A stretch of DNA of 64,000 bases from the human T2T-CHM13v2.0 reference genome, Homo sapiens: the NCBI RefSeq assembly GCF_009914755.1, contig NC_060934.1. The stretch is one strand, 5' to 3'. Below the pieces are notes generated by a model. It did not search any database. It was not told where the DNA came from and was given only the letters and a program-made list of their open reading frames with translations. Both the position numbers and the translations under genes were made by a program. Positions 49,753 through 64,000 of this stretch are shown here, piece by piece. Each line of letters starts with the position of its first letter. The stretch's first letter is position 1.

Positions 49753-49964
49753 TGGAGACACCAGCCAATTAAACATCAGTTTTTCCTACTTGGATTAAAT
49801 ACACCTTCTTTTATGCACATATTATCAAAAAATTAAGTTCCAGATTATGTGGATTTTAACTCTACAATGTATTTGCAATTCAACAGAACCATTTTAGAAT
49901 GATTATAACAGTGACTTTTGATTGCCTGGATTAACCATGGTCATAAATCAAAAAGTATTACAAA

Positions 49965-50232
49965 CACTTTGGGAGGCTGTGGCGGGTAGATGGCTTGAGT
50001 TCAGGTGTTCAAGACCAGCCTGGGTAACATGGCAAGACCCCATCTCTACTGAAAATCCAAAAAAAAATAGCCAGGTGTGGTGGTGTGTGCCAGTGGTCTC
50101 AGCTACTCAGGAGGCTGAGCTGGGAGAATCACTTGAACCAGGGGGGCAGAGGTTACAGTGAGCCAAGATCATACCACTGAACTTTAGCCTGGGTAACAGA
50201 GAGAGACCCTGTCTCAAATTTAGAAAAAAAAA
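49965..50232 (+). mobile_element. AluJb-like, 5'-truncated, with TSD
   Basis: Starts at cactttgggagg; TSD aaaagtattacaaa (49951-64) / aaaaggattacaaa (50233-46). Confidence 0.9.
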
Positions 50233-51767
50233 AAAAGGATTACAAAAAGATGTTTCTGGATGCAAGTGGGTGTGGGGCACTGCTCTGAATTTGTCAGATG
50301 TCATTTCTTCCTTGAAATACATAAAAAGAATTTTGGATTTGAGGAGTGTTTAGTTCTAGATGAAACAAGTCCCACCTTGAAAGCACTTAATTTAAAAACA
50401 TATTTTATATTCAGATTCCTATTGGAAGGAGACTATAGAATTCAAGGTAATCAATATGGCTTCAAGGGCCAAACAATAGAAGGGCTAATGGACTCACTGT
50501 CATGACCATCTATAAAATGGTCTTTGAAGGCTATCAGCATTTATTCGACTTGACAATTGAAGCTTCACAAACTCTTCACAGAGATGAAAGAGAATTATAT
50601 ATGTTATTGCAATATTTAGATATTAAGAGTCTAAATATGGCCTAGAGAAATTAGAATAAGCTATTACACATGCACAGATGTTTAAAATTTACCAGAGTAA
50701 ACGCACATGCCAGAACTTGAGAAAATGACAGAAGAAATGGCATTAGAATTCTTTATTATTTGTAAAAACGTCTTATATACAAGCCAATTTAATACATACA
50801 ACGCAAATTGCAATGACTTGTCCAAGGGAATATTGAAATCCATTAGGGTTGCACGTGCATAATCTGATTCAACAAGTCAGTATATTTTTCTCAAAAACAT
50901 AATATCTTTTCTGTATTGTGTGAGATGAAGGATAGATTACATTTCTTGCCTGTGCAATAATTCCCACATCATAAATTCTGATGAAATTATATCAATATAT
51001 AAAGTGAATGGATGTCTGACCCACCATCGTTTTCTAGTTTTCAGAGAGAGGCTGACATACAAGCAAATCCCCAGCTGCTTGGAGTGATGCTATTACAGCC
51101 TGCCTTTGCCTGGGAACTGTTATTAACTATCTTGACCAGGAGCGGCTGTTAGAGTTTGTGGTTTCTGCTCTGAATATTAAACTTGGGCATACAAGAGTCC
51201 TTATTGTGGGGAGCACTTGGAAATGGTAATGCAAAATTGCTTTATATTTGCGGGATTTGATTGCTTTAGATGATACAGCCCTAGCTGGTGGGCCTCTCTT
51301 GCTGCTTGTATTTCCAGATTATAAATCATTCCTTTGACAGAGTATCTGCCACAACCAGGTCTCAGTTTCTGTGGTATCATTTTTTATATTACAGCTGGCA
51401 ACTGCTCTTCTGGGCTGTTCATATAAATGACACATTTTGCATAACTTATGAGAACAGGGTCAAAATCAAAGCTAATAAAGCTCCCACCTGCCCCACCCCC
51501 CACCCCAAATGTTTCTTGTGTATGTTAAAGCATCTCTGGCTTTAAGTTTTGAGGGGACTGGGTCATGGATAGAAGATGTCCAATTTTTCTATGGCATTGG
51601 TAGGCACTGTGTTTTACCAATACTGAAATTGAATATTGCAAAAGTCAACACAAAGCAAAACTCCATTTACAATTAGCCAACTAATTACTGATAATTCAAT
51701 CTTTAAGAGCAAAATAATATTTCCTTAAAGGCATTTGATGCATGCACACGTAGTAAAGGCGGCTAGA

Positions 51768-52211
<444 letters not shown>

Positions 52212-53099
52212 CTAACAAACCTACCCTGCTTTATTGTTGCAAACCTGAAGTCTAGATTTAGACCTAAGATTTAAGAATCTGAACCCACTTTCATTCCTGG
52301 AATCCACACAGCAGCTATATAACAGAGCCCATTCCTAAAGATATATGTTTTAAATCCCAGAACACAGCTGACTTCTCCCAGCTGTGCCTGAGATGCCCTG
52401 GTTTTTCTGTATGTGAATTCAGGGATATATTAATTTGGAAGATGATACCCAACAAGCATTATGAGATATAAGTAATAGTGTGAGGTGCCTTCCAAATTAT
52501 GCTCTTAGGCCCTTACAAATTTATGAATGAAGGAATCAGTAGTTTTAAAGATTGCTTTGAAAGAACCTTGGCCTAGAAATGAGAAGCTTTCCATCACTCT
52601 CCACCCAGAGGCCTGGCTTACTCTTGGTTTCCTTAGTTGCTCTTATTAGATCAATGCTTTTTTTTGACATTCTATTAGTCATAATACAAAGCAGGAACTG
52701 TGAGTGGCCCAAGGCTCAACATTAGCTGGGAGTGGTTTCCACACTAACCAAGTTCAGCATTTCCTGAGCAATTATTTGCCCTTCTCCATCCACCCTCCCC
52801 TATCATCCCAAAGAGGGTTTATGTGTATTTTCAAATATAACCAAAATATAGTTGTAGTGTAACCAGAGAAATCGGGTACTAAACTTCTGTTGGAAGTCCA
52901 AAAAGACTGTCCCTGAGCCAAGTTGGTTTAATGAAGTGGCTTCCCCCATCTTGGGCTTCGTTCATGTGCATGGTCTGCACACTTCAGAGCCCCTGGGGAA
53001 GCATGTCTTTCCAAAGCCTGAAAGACAGACATTGACAATGTGGAGCAATTTCTTTTTTTGTGACTGATAATTATTGAATGTTGAAATTGATTTCTTTGG

Positions 53100-53260
53100 G
53101 AATTGTATTTAGTCATTGGATTTTAAAACTGAGGAAACGTCATAGACAATTGCTTCATTTTACAGATGAGAGACAGAGACCCATAAGAGTCTTGCCCAAG
53201 GTCACAGAAGCAGTGGCAGAATTGGGACCAGAACCCAAGTCGCTTATGCACAATGACTTT
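53100..53260 (-). mobile_element. MIR SINE
   Basis: cattttacagatgagagacagagac...cttgcccaaggtcacag...gtggcagaattgggaccagaacccaagtc. Confidence 0.85.
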
Positions 53261-53546
53261 TGAGCTGTCTTGATTACGAACTGCTATAAGCAGTGTACTT
53301 TCCATTGTGATCCAGTCACATTTGTATACAAGCGACTGGAACAAAATTTCAAGAAGCAAATCTGACCTTCATTGTATGTGATTTGAGCTGATCTGTGCAA
53401 TCTGCTTGATTCTAGTTCACTGATTTCTTTTTATGCTGGTCCTGAACTGCTCATGGAACTGCTCACCTATGATTTTAAAAACACTATTCTACAATACATA
53501 TGCTCAAAAATTGCTGATTGAATTTCTTTTACTAAAAATCTTCTAA

Positions 53547-53847
53547 AGCCAAGCACAGTGGCTCACACCTGTAGTTCCAGCACTTTGGGAGGCATAGGCT
53601 AGAAGATTGCTTGAGCCCAGGAATTCCCAGTCTGAGCAAGAAGGCAAGACACTGTCTCTACATCAAATGACAAAATCAGCTGGGCATGGTAGCATGCACC
53701 TTTAGTCCTAGCTCCTTGGGAGGCTGATGTGGGAGGAAACTGGGAATTGCTTGAGCCCAGGAATTTAAGGTGGCAGGGAGCTATGATCATGCCCCTGCAC
53801 TCCAGTGTGGGCAACAAAGTCAGACCCCATCTCTAAAAAATAAAATA
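53547..53847 (+). mobile_element. AluJ (Jo/Jr-like) with TSD
   Basis: gattgcttgagcccagga, gagctatgatcatg; TSD aaaaatcttctaa / aaatatcttctaa. Confidence 0.9.
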
Positions 53848-56589
53848 AAATATCTTCTAATAATGAGCTCCCACTTTCCTTCCCTGTCAGAGAGGCAGGG
53901 TGGCATCGAACAGGAAGACTTCATCCAAGCCTAGGATTCTGCAGATCTGCTACGTTCGATAAAAACATAATTGACTCCTGCAAGAAGTTATCCGCTTTTT
54001 AAAAAACTAGATGACTAGAAAAAGAAAACACAAATAATACAAGATCCAGAACTTATCAGAAGTAACAACTCTACGAAAAGGGGAGTTGTTCAGACAGTGG
54101 AAGTGCACTGCTCTCGGCCTAGTTTTAGGGCTCTTTGCTTTGGAATAAGTGGCCTTTGTTAATAACTGCTGCATGGAGCTCAGTGCAGTATTTTGGCTTA
54201 TTTGGCTGGCTTTGGTGAACACCCAAATTTATTAGTCCAGTTTCACTAGCTGGGGGGAAAGGTGGTTTTTGCTAAGAAGCTAAGCCAGGCTTGACAGCCC
54301 ATCAAAGAATAAGGAGGAGGAATCTCTTGCCGAGTGGTTTTGGGGTATTTGCTTGCTTACGGCCTTTCAAATGATATCCTCAGGTGATCTGTTCCTCCAG
54401 TCTTCTCTTTAGCAAAGGACTGGATATCCTAGTTTCAATATATCCGTCGTTTAACATGTGGTGAGTATTCTTTTCTCGCCAGAGTGAAGAACAGAGCCAA
54501 CAAATCTGAGCCGGGGTAGAAAACTGCAAGTCCCCCAGATGCCAGGAGCAGGAAGCATGGAAACAGTTCACAGAAGACAGACACCCGATGTGGCCAACTC
54601 CCGGCCCGCCAGGACAGGCACAGCCCCATCCAAAGTGGCTGCCTGCCAGGATCGTGACCACAACAAGCAGGAACTCCCTTTGTCCACTTCCTCCACGGGA
54701 TGAGGGACGGAACTGCATCCCATCAGTTCACAATATGCTTGATTCCAACCCTGGGGTTCATCCTTGCAGACGGGGATGGAACAGCTTAGCTTCTTTCACT
54801 GTAAATTCCCATACCCCTCCCCTGTCCTGTGGTTATCCTGAGCCAGCCAAACCTTGTTTTACATTCAGGCCTGATTTCTGACAAAATTCCCCTTCCAGGA
54901 CTCTAGCACTGACAGAGGTTAATGGGTACCATTTAGCCACTCTCGGCAGCAGTGGTTTGATCTTCTTGGCTCTGATATTCTTCCTCCTCTTGGCACAAGA
55001 AAATTCAGCTTTTGCCCTTTATCTTGTTATCCAAGAGCCTGAATGCCCATGACAGCCGTGGATGCAGATGCTGTGCCTTCAAAGTCCTTGGCAGAGGGGT
55101 AGAATTCAGACCCACACAGGCAATGTGCATTGAGCTCTTTATTTTTTTTCCTAAACAGCCAGCTGGCCTGTTGCTGAAACCAAGACCAATCAGAAAAGAC
55201 ACACATGTATATGAGACGGGTACTGCCTTTTTTTCTCCTCCACGAAGAAAGCAAGGGAACAGATACAGGCTGGAGGAGGCAGCTTCTCACTCTCAGGAAG
55301 GAAAGATGATTAAATCTGCCCTGAATCCAAAGAAAAATCCTTGCCTACCCTGCTGTCCTAAGTCCCTAGACATGCATCAGCCCACACGGTTACTCGTGAC
55401 CAGGACTTTGGAAGAAGAATGCCAAGGTAAACCTGACTGCTTCTTGGCAAACAAGTGGGCATCGGTTCCAATGACACACAAAGGGCCACTCTCTTCTGGA
55501 GCACCCACTTCTTCTTAGATCCACTTTGGAAGGCTCCTGGCCCTCAGCTGAAGACCCCACAATAGAGAATTAGGAATGAGAGGGGCACACAGTGCAAACC
55601 CACTTTATTTTGAGAATGCCTCATGTTGTCCATAAGAGTGCAAGATTGTACCAAGCCTCTCCTGGGAAACACGGACTTACCAGACCATTTAGCATAGGCA
55701 GTTTTTCCTCCAGCATAGGAACAAATCACTGTTTCTTTGACTGGACATCAGATGAAATAGTTGGCTTAGACTTAGGGACCCAAGATGCTCATCTTTTAAT
55801 ACAAGTCTCATACTAGGAGAAGCAAGAAGCTCGAAATTGGGACTGGGACTCACTAAGGACACAGTGTCACTGCCGATATCCTCAAGTGGATGGGACACAG
55901 AATCACCAAGCCAGGCAAACACGTGCACGACTCACCTCCTCTGGGAACACCCCCCTGCTGGCCGCCTCTCTTCTGCCTTTTCTCTCCCAACATACAGCTG
56001 AAACCTGCCCATGTTAAATGTGCATGAGAAGTAGTTCCACTGAATGGGGTTTCTAGAATCTTCATTCCTGAATATGGCTGGGAGGGAAGCTCAACTTCCT
56101 ATTTAGAATTCCTACTCCATTCCCCACCATGAAGATTCCAGATTAAATCATTCCCATTGCTAGCTACATGTAAGTTCCAAAAGTTCAAAAACGTTTGGAT
56201 GAGGATATTCTGAAATCAAAATTCCGCTCATGAAGTGCAGGGGAAAGAACAGAGGGTAACAGGGACTCCACAGAGCAGCACAGGGCCTCAGTTTACCAGC
56301 TCTGAAATGGGAATGGTAGCACCCTCCTCTGTGGAGAGGCTGGAATCAAGTTAATTAATTGGCCTCTGTAGAGCAGAAAATGTGTCATCCTCTTCAAACC
56401 TTAAGATGAAAGGTGTGAAATGGTGTCATTGTTTCATAAATTGCTACATCAAACATGGGACAGGACGCCTATAAACCTGCAGCAGGTAATTATCATAAAA
56501 ATCACACACTGTTAAAACTCCCAAGAAGACCCTGGCAAATTTGACTACAGGGGAGGAAGAGGAGCGCACGTGGTCCTGAGCACAGAACC

Positions 56590-57142
56590 CCACCTCCACT
56601 CCACCTTCCAGGACCCGGCAACCACCACCTTTTTCTGGAATTCCTGCAGCAGCGGGTTTCCTGACTCCTGCCCCACCTCCTTCAGTCTGTTCGCTACCCA
56701 GCAGCCAGAGTGATCACAGCCGTCCTGGGCTCAGAACTCTCCATTCACCTCCCATCACACTCACAGTAAAAGCCCAAGTCCCTGCAGTGGCCTAGGAGAA
56801 CCGTTCTTCCCTGAGTCTAACCTGACCATCACCTGGCCGGCCCTACTACCTGTCTCACCTGGTCCTCGAATACTTTCCCCTTTTCTGACCATGTTGTTTA
56901 AAAGCTCAAACCTCACCCTACACATAATCAATCCCCTCTCCCCCTTCCTGATTTATTGTTTTTCATCTTTTGTGTCCATCTGACTGATTTGTTTATTTAT
57001 CTTCTGTCTTCTGCCAGGGGCAATGTCAGCTCTGTGAAGGCCAGGATTTTGTCCTGTTCTCCCTGCCACCATCTGGGAGTCTAGAACAGTGCCTAGCATG
57101 TGAAGGGGTTCTATAAATATTTATTGGCAGAATGAATGAATT
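56590..57142 (+). mobile_element. L2 3' portion
   Basis: cagcagccagagtgatc...cacagtaaaagcccaagtccct...ctagaacagtgcctagcatg...ataaatatttattggcagaatgaatgaa. Confidence 0.85.
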
Positions 57143-57648
57143 ATAAGTTCTTTCAAACTAAGGGCTCCTTGAAATTTCTATGAGACTATCCTGGTCAGCC
57201 TCTCTATCACTTCTGCAGCTGCCCTTTTAGACTATTTTTAGATGTTCACATCTGCCTTAGAGGAAAGTGTCTGGTGGAGATGGGGGAAGCAATGACAAAT
57301 TCACTCATGAGTGATTGAAATCACGAATGAAAAAGCTAGCATAAGCAATATTTACTCTCTGCCTCCAGTCCTACGGTTTCTTTTCACAGTTGACCTTTTT
57401 AGATCTGTTTTGTGCACCTCTCTGTGTCTTCAGTTAACATTTTCTGTCTCTCTGCACAGATGAGTTAGACACTGTCTCCCCAGGTGATTCTGTGGTCTCT
57501 TCAGTTCAAGCACTTGTCTATATGCCAGCACCAGCAGTAGTCCAGAGCTCCTGTTCCTAATTCCAGGGAGAGAAACTCTAATCACCTGGCTTGGGATTGA
57601 TGGCCATCCTGATATAATTTTCGATGGCAATGGGGGTGAGGTATCTTA

Positions 57649-57988
57649 CAGGTCTGCAGTTCCTTATCCGAAATGTTTGGGTACAAATGTGTTTTGTTTT
57701 TCACAGCTTTTCATATTCTATAACGTCAATGTGGTTCATATACTGTATATTATATAACATCACCACTGGGTCTGAGGTCACATTCTAAAATTAAAGACAT
57801 GAACATTTCTGCAGGAAATCTATGAATATTCATAATAAATGAGACAAATAAAAATTATAAACATCTTCAGATCAGGCTACCACAGGCTTTGCTGTCAAAT
57901 AAACTCAGATCAGGTTGGAATTTGCCCCAAATGAGTTAGAAAATCTTTTGGTTTTCAAGAGTTGTTTGGATTCCTGATTGCGAATGTG
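57649..57988. mobile_element. MER46C (TcMar-Tigger) MITE; last ~20 bp probably displaced to 60975-60996
   Basis: ta|caggtc...ccttatccgaaat...catatactgtatattat...tatgaatattca...ccaaatgagtta..ttttggttttca. Confidence 0.8.
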
Positions 57989-58064
57989 TAGGGTAACCAT
58001 GAAATTTATCATCCAAACTTCACTTCTGAAAGTAAAGGGGGTGCTATTAAGAATTACATTGGGA
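57989..58064. mobile_element. MER94 (hAT-Blackjack) left half; right half at 60912-60974
   Basis: tagggtaaccat.aaatttatcatccaaac...aaagggggtgctattaa.aattac; right half cataaattaggaatgtcccaagcaaacc...ccta. Confidence 0.75.
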
Positions 58065-59387
58065 GGAAACACTGAGAATATGCAGTAGTAGCAGGGTCGT
58101 TTTTAAATTTCCCAACCTTCCCATAATCATGGTTAGAGCAACGAGGGTAGCAAAATCAAAACCCATGAGCAATATCTACCCAAAAAAAAAGAAAAGAAGA
58201 GAAAACCTAAGTGACAGGAATCCCCATAAATTCCAAAAGCAACTAAATCTTTAGGAGAGCTACAAGATCTGCATGGCATCCATGTAGGTGGAAGCAAAAG
58301 GAAGCTATGGGGCATAAAAGGACCTGAGAACAGGAGAATCCACAGATTCCCCCATTGACACATACTGAAAATGTGGCAGGTCCACTTGAAAATAGCAACT
58401 GAAAGTGACAGGGATATTTGCACACTCCAGTTCTCAGGTGAGTGCAAAGATTTGTGGAAGATGTCCAGAGGGCTGCTGTAGTCTGGGTCCTATAAACTCT
58501 CAAACAAACAAAGCAATGTCTCCTTTTAGGACAAACTCCTCACCTAGAAGAAACATTGGGAGTTGATCCAGAATAGGACAGGGACAGCAAAGAAAAAAAT
58601 AAGATCCAGATAAAAACTGTGGGCAGGCAACATCAGGGGCAGTTCTCTGAAGTATGAAGCCATACTTTTTTAAATCACTCCTTGGAAAAAAATCAGAAGA
58701 GAGAGCTCTAGAGCTTTGACATGAGGATATTGAGGATGTGCTCTAACTCCCCCACCCCCTCCTTAAAGTGAAAGAAAATTAATTTTACATAATAATGACC
58801 AAGAAAGTACAATTATGGTCGAATCCCATACAAAGTTTTTATTTTAAATAAGAGAATAAAGAAGAGAATATGTAGCATGTCAGAAAACATGCCCTCAAAA
58901 TTGATAAGAAATGCAGCTACTATTTCAAAATGAGTTAAAAGAAATAAAGAAAATGATATAAAATTATGGAAAATATTTTAAACATCATAGGTCAGATTTT
59001 TTAAATCTAGAAATGAAGTTACAGAACTCAGGAAAAAAATCAGAAATAAAGTAATAAATTACTTCATAAATGAAGAATAAATGGTACAAAATACAAAAGT
59101 GAATAAACACAACATGTAATGCCTTATGAAATGCAAAGGCAAAAAGACAAAAGTTTTTTAAATTTAAAATAAATAAAGATATGAAAAGGACTCAAAAGAA
59201 AATGATGGATATAGGAGATGGGACAGAAAAAGAAAAGCAACATAGGTATAATAGGAGTCCCCCCACCTCAAAGAAGAAAACCAAAGCAGTGGAATAGGTC
59301 AAATACTGAAATCAAGTATTGAAGAAAACTTTCCTGAAATAAAAAGTCACTTGAAACTGCATATTGAAAGGACATAGCATGGACTTA

Positions 59388-59472
59388 GAAGGAAGGAAGG
59401 AAAGAAGGAAGGAAGGAAGGGAGGGAGGGAGGAAGGAAGAGAGGAAAAAAGGAAAGGAGGGAGGGAGGAAAG
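59388..59472. repeat. (GGAA)/(GGGA) polypurine microsatellite
   Basis: About 85 bp of purines only. Confidence 0.9.
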
Positions 59473-60628
59473 CTCAGAAAAACCAACACTGAAATGTAGT
59501 TTTGAAAAATCTGCTAGACTTTAAGAAGAAAATCTTTCAGGCATTCAGACAAAAAAGACAAGTCACTTAGAAAGAAAATATGATTATCATCAGACTTTTG
59601 AATAACAATGCTTTATGTCAAAGGAAAATGATGTGATATATTTAATATAACCAAGGGAAGAAAATGTGATTTTATATTTTGTATCCAGCCAAATTTATAT
59701 CAAAGTATAAATAGTGAGTGTAAACTGTTAAGAACATTAAAAACTCAAAATATTTTTTTCTCATGTGCTCTTCCTGAGGAATCTATTCAATAATAAGCTT
59801 CGTGTGATCAAAATGTCAGGAGAGGCAGCGACATAAGGACTGGTGATTCAAGATTCTTGGCGTGAGAACATGAAGATACAAACATAAGATCAAAATTTTA
59901 AAGTAAAAATCTTGTAATCCTGAACTTGAGGTGGAAGTATCAGCATACACTCATGTTATGTTTTATCTTTAAAATTGTCTTAGCTATATCCATTGAAAAG
60001 GCGTAGAAACCATGACCAATGAATGAACATGCCAAGTGCCCAGATTGTGGTCTCTAAATACTGCCTTGCTAAAAGAAAACAGGACTTGTTGGAGCAATAG
60101 CTGATTCCAGGACTGCAGCAGGAAATGCACAAGATAAGCCTGGACCATCTTGTTCTATCAGAAGCAAGGAAGCTATCAAAGACTATTGGGATCTTGTCAA
60201 AGAACTCAAGAGCCAACATGAAGATATGCCCACTGGCCAAACACGGAACAATTTGAGTACCAATAAGGATAATAGATGTAATAAATTAAAACACATAAAA
60301 TATACTTAAATTCATGAATTATGATGCAAAAATAATAAATGGAAAGAAAAAAGATACAAGGAAGAAACCTAAAGATGAAAAAAGACTTAATGGACATATC
60401 AATGCATGCCCTTATTTGAATCCTAATTCAAACAAAAAAAAACTTTAAAAAGATCACATTTATAACATTTATGAGAAAAGTTACATTTTAAGCACTTGAT
60501 ATTTCATTATATTACAAAATTATTTTTCATAATCTTCAGTGTGATGATAGTATTATGGTTATGCTTTCTCTTATGGTCTTATCTCTTATAATTATGATGC
60601 CTGGGATTTGTTTAAAAATAGTACAGGA

Positions 60629-60890
<262 letters not shown>

Positions 60891-62474
60891 CTATAATAAA
60901 ATTTTTTTTATTTACATCAGGATAAAAGACATAAATTAGGAATGTCCCAAGCAAACCAAGCTGCATTTGGCCTATGGAAAAGAGGTGATAGATTTATGGG
61001 CCAGACAGTTACAGGGACTCAGAGAAGTAGAAGGATAATTGGGTCACACTCCAAAAGGTGTCCAGTATGATTACATTCTGATTGTTTGGTAATTTGGATG
61101 TTATTAGCGCATCTATTTTTCTTTTTATTTTTACCTGCCTCAATCTGTGTTTAATTCAAGTAACAACAATTTCTTATTTGAGAAGTTCTACCATGTGCTT
61201 TTTTTTTGTTAAATCTAGCTCAGTTTCTCCAAAAGAGCCTCTAGCAAACAGGCCACTAAGATTTGGCAGCTTTATTGTTGAATGCATTCAATTATCATTT
61301 TTAAAGTCTAGCACCACATTCCTTTAATGATTTAGGACCTTGCATGGTTTTAAATGTCTCCCAAAGCTTTCATTGTAAATTGTGTTCAACATCAAAGGAG
61401 GTAAGTGATGCCCAGATGCTGTTTACCGCCTGTGAAATTCTCAGCACTAAATGGGACGAGTATCCCTTGACAGATTCAGAATTAGAGCTGGATAGAAAGA
61501 AATAACCTTCATTTTTGGATGCTAATCCCAAACCTAGCACTGGGTAGGAAAAACCACACACAAAAATCTTTTTTAAAATGGACCTTCTGCAATGGACCTC
61601 TGCTTTTATTTCGAGTTCCATCAAGAAGCACAGTGACAATTCTGAAGTCCACAGGGGCAAAGAGGTCCCCTGAGGCTACAACTGATTTAGGGTTTCTATT
61701 ACTGGATTTCAATGGCATTTGTTTAAACTGGGCCCCTACACCAGAACCTTAGAAAAGTCCTCCTTATCCTTTATAAGCTCCTTTAAAACAAAATCAAAAC
61801 TAAAGTATCTGGACATCCTCTGCTGTTTTCTTTGCAATGTCCTGCTGGGAGATGTTGTTCGTATGCCAGGTGCCACGCCTGATGCTTCTCCTCACATACT
61901 TTGATGTTGGGATATTCGTGTAATTCATAAGGGGGGTTATTCTAAAGAAATATCCCTTATGCTTTCAGGACATATTTTTAAAAGGAAAAACAAAAAAAAG
62001 CAACTTCCACTTACCCCAAACCACCATGAAACGTTTGCTAGCTTTGTGTCTTTCTGGCTGGTTGGTTACTTTTCAACCCAAATCCCTACTATGGCCTATC
62101 CAGTATAGTAGGGTTTCCTATTGAAAACTCTGTCATTTTCGTAGTAGAATTTTAAATAGGCCAATAGTAGGGTTTCATGTTGAAAATTCTGCATTGCATG
62201 GTGAAAATTCTCCATTGCATGGTGGCAGAGAGATCCCTACCCTTCTCCTCTCATGCTAAAATTCATTCCCGTCCCACTGGACACACTTGTCTGTCTGTCC
62301 CCAGATGTTTACCAAGGACCAATCACGTTCCAGAACAGTTTTGGCCTCTGGGGAACAAGTTGCACAGCCACGGGCCTCCTTTCTTTTCTCCTAAAAGGCT
62401 TCGGGTGGTGCAGGCTAATCTGCAGTGTTGAAGTCGTTCCTGTGTTTCTTTCTTTGTGACCTGGGTTGCTGGAT

Positions 62475-62720
62475 AACACTGCAGTTAAGAATGTGGGCCC
62501 TGGGGCCAGGCTGCCTGACTTTGGGTTCTGGCTTTGGGATCTCAGACAAGTCACTGAGATCGGCTCTGCCTCAGTGGACTCATCTGTAGGGTGGGGATAC
62601 TAAAGTTCCTACCTCCTGGGGTGAGTGTGAGAACAAATCAACACACAGAAATAAATTTGTTGTGAAAATAAATCAATCCACATAAAAGCGCTGAGAAAGT
62701 GATAAATGTTCCGGACAAGT
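62475..62720 (+). mobile_element. MIR SINE
   Basis: gttaagaatgtgggccctggggccaggctgcct...ctctgcctcagtggactcatctgta...cctacctcctgggg. Confidence 0.8.
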
Positions 62721-63325
62721 CAGCAATTTGCTATGGAAGCAGAAGACACAGCCATCGGCTCCCAGGCGGCCAGTGACTCTCAGGCCTCCCCATAATGTAT
62801 CCCTCTCTTCTCTCCTCCCCTTTGCAGCCCCCTAACCCTTCTATTGTCATTCTCACCTTCTTCCCTGGTCTACTATTTTCTTTTACTTTCCGATCATTCA
62901 CTTCTCTTCAACAACCCAAAAAAGAGCATACACTCTAATCGCGTAGCTTGCTTTTTAAAATAATTTCTGTTGAACATAACCTGAGAGTGTTTCCTCTCAC
63001 ATACAGGGCATGAGACTTTCTGGCCTCTCTCTTCTCTCCTTCTAAAGAGGAAGGCTTTCTTCTGCTCAGCCCCTTGTCTTGCTTTTGCTGAGATGAGGCC
63101 AGGGATGGAGTCGCAGGGCTGAGAGCAGGAGACTCTCTCTGTGCCAGGGAGGGCTGAGTTTTGGCTGGAAAACAGCCCCTGAGGGGGGTGGGGAGAAGGG
63201 AGCCAAAGGGACAAGAGAGGCTTTGGGGAACTGGTGTGGGGCTGGAGTTTTGAAATTAAAAAGGGAGAAAAATAATTTGGGGTACTTCAGAGAGAGAGGA
63301 ATAGAGGCTATTTTAGAAGTTTGGC

Positions 63326-63328
<3 letters not shown>

Positions 63329-63368
<40 letters not shown>
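63329..63368. repeat. (GT)20 microsatellite
   Basis: Pure GT run. Confidence 0.95.
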
Positions 63369-63370
<2 letters not shown>

Positions 63371-63504
63371 AATTTCCCCTCTATTGCCTTTCAAGAAAGA
63401 GTGCTTCAAGGATGTACACATTACCACCAGGGCTTTCAAAATTGATTCGTGTTTCTTTTGGATTCTGTGAGCAGGAAGGCCCAAATGTATTCGGGTTACA
63501 ATTA

Positions 63505-63745
63505 CAATAGGAGCTAGCACTCACTGAGCACCCACTGTATCCCAGGTACCAGGCTGGGGGCCTCATTAGGCAAAGTCTCTCATCCTCAGAGACACTGTGC
63601 AAAGAAGGTAAGCTGATTCCTTTTTTACTGGAATTTAGTTCCAGTGAAGTTAAACAAAGTCACCTTGCACCACCCAGCTAATGAGAGACAGAGTTGGGAT
63701 TTGAACCCAAGTCTGTCTGATTCCAATGCCTGGAGTCTTTCCACC
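63505..63745 (-). mobile_element. MIR SINE
   Basis: cactgagcacccactgtatcccagg...cagagttgggatttgaacccaagtctgtctgattcca. Confidence 0.85.
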
Positions 63746-64000
63746 ACTTCACTGGATCTGAGCATAAGCCTTTAGAGTGTATGTTTAAAATGTTCTGTTT
63801 ATTATTATTACTACTTTTTAAAATTTCAGTGGCATGTCTAATGTAATACCATGTGCATTCTAGAATGTGTTGTCCTTAGCACCTTTGAAGTCAGATACCA
63901 TCTCACGGTTAGTGGATGCTGCTGGTCATATGGTTATTAGAGTTTCATATCAAAACTTCCTATCCAGGTGTCAGAATGAGACTCAAAGAAATTGATAATT

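Noticed and set aside
55012-55518. Longest ORF in the track (168 aa)
   Set aside because: Starts at TTG, has no recognisable domain or supporting exon structure, and its length is plausible by chance in 64 kb over six frames

Overview
This is primate (hominoid, probably human) non-coding genomic DNA, shown by AluJ/S/Y, L1PA2-type, THE1, MST/MLT, MIR, L2 and MER DNA transposons. It is AT-rich, and I see no convincing conventional protein-coding exon, rRNA, tRNA, CRISPR array or CpG-island promoter. Almost all ORF-track entries are chance ORFs or Alu/L1 translations. A large fraction of the window is decayed transposable elements. Between them lie TE-free unique blocks (about 1-2.8, 10.5-12.8, 14-15.9, 28.5-31.3 and 61-62 kb) that look like the conserved non-coding/enhancer clusters of a developmental gene desert or large intron; that reading is inference. 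Main structures seen directly: (1) a phase-compatible spliced 141-codon ORF joining two unique blocks (11198-11346 + 15201-15477), a candidate lncRNA or de novo ORF; (2) a nested palindromic AT-rich array flanked by a 39-bp duplication of MIR sequence (31.5-32.2 kb); (3) a young L1PA2-type twin-primed insertion whose inverted part comes from ORF1, about 3.5 kb upstream in L1; (4) a 70-bp non-TE duplication 1.3 kb apart; (5) a perfect 32-bp palindrome; (6) multi-level TE nests, one with an ORF2-less L1. I cannot name the locus. TE subfamily calls come from remembered consensus sequences and should be confirmed with RepeatMasker/Dfam.
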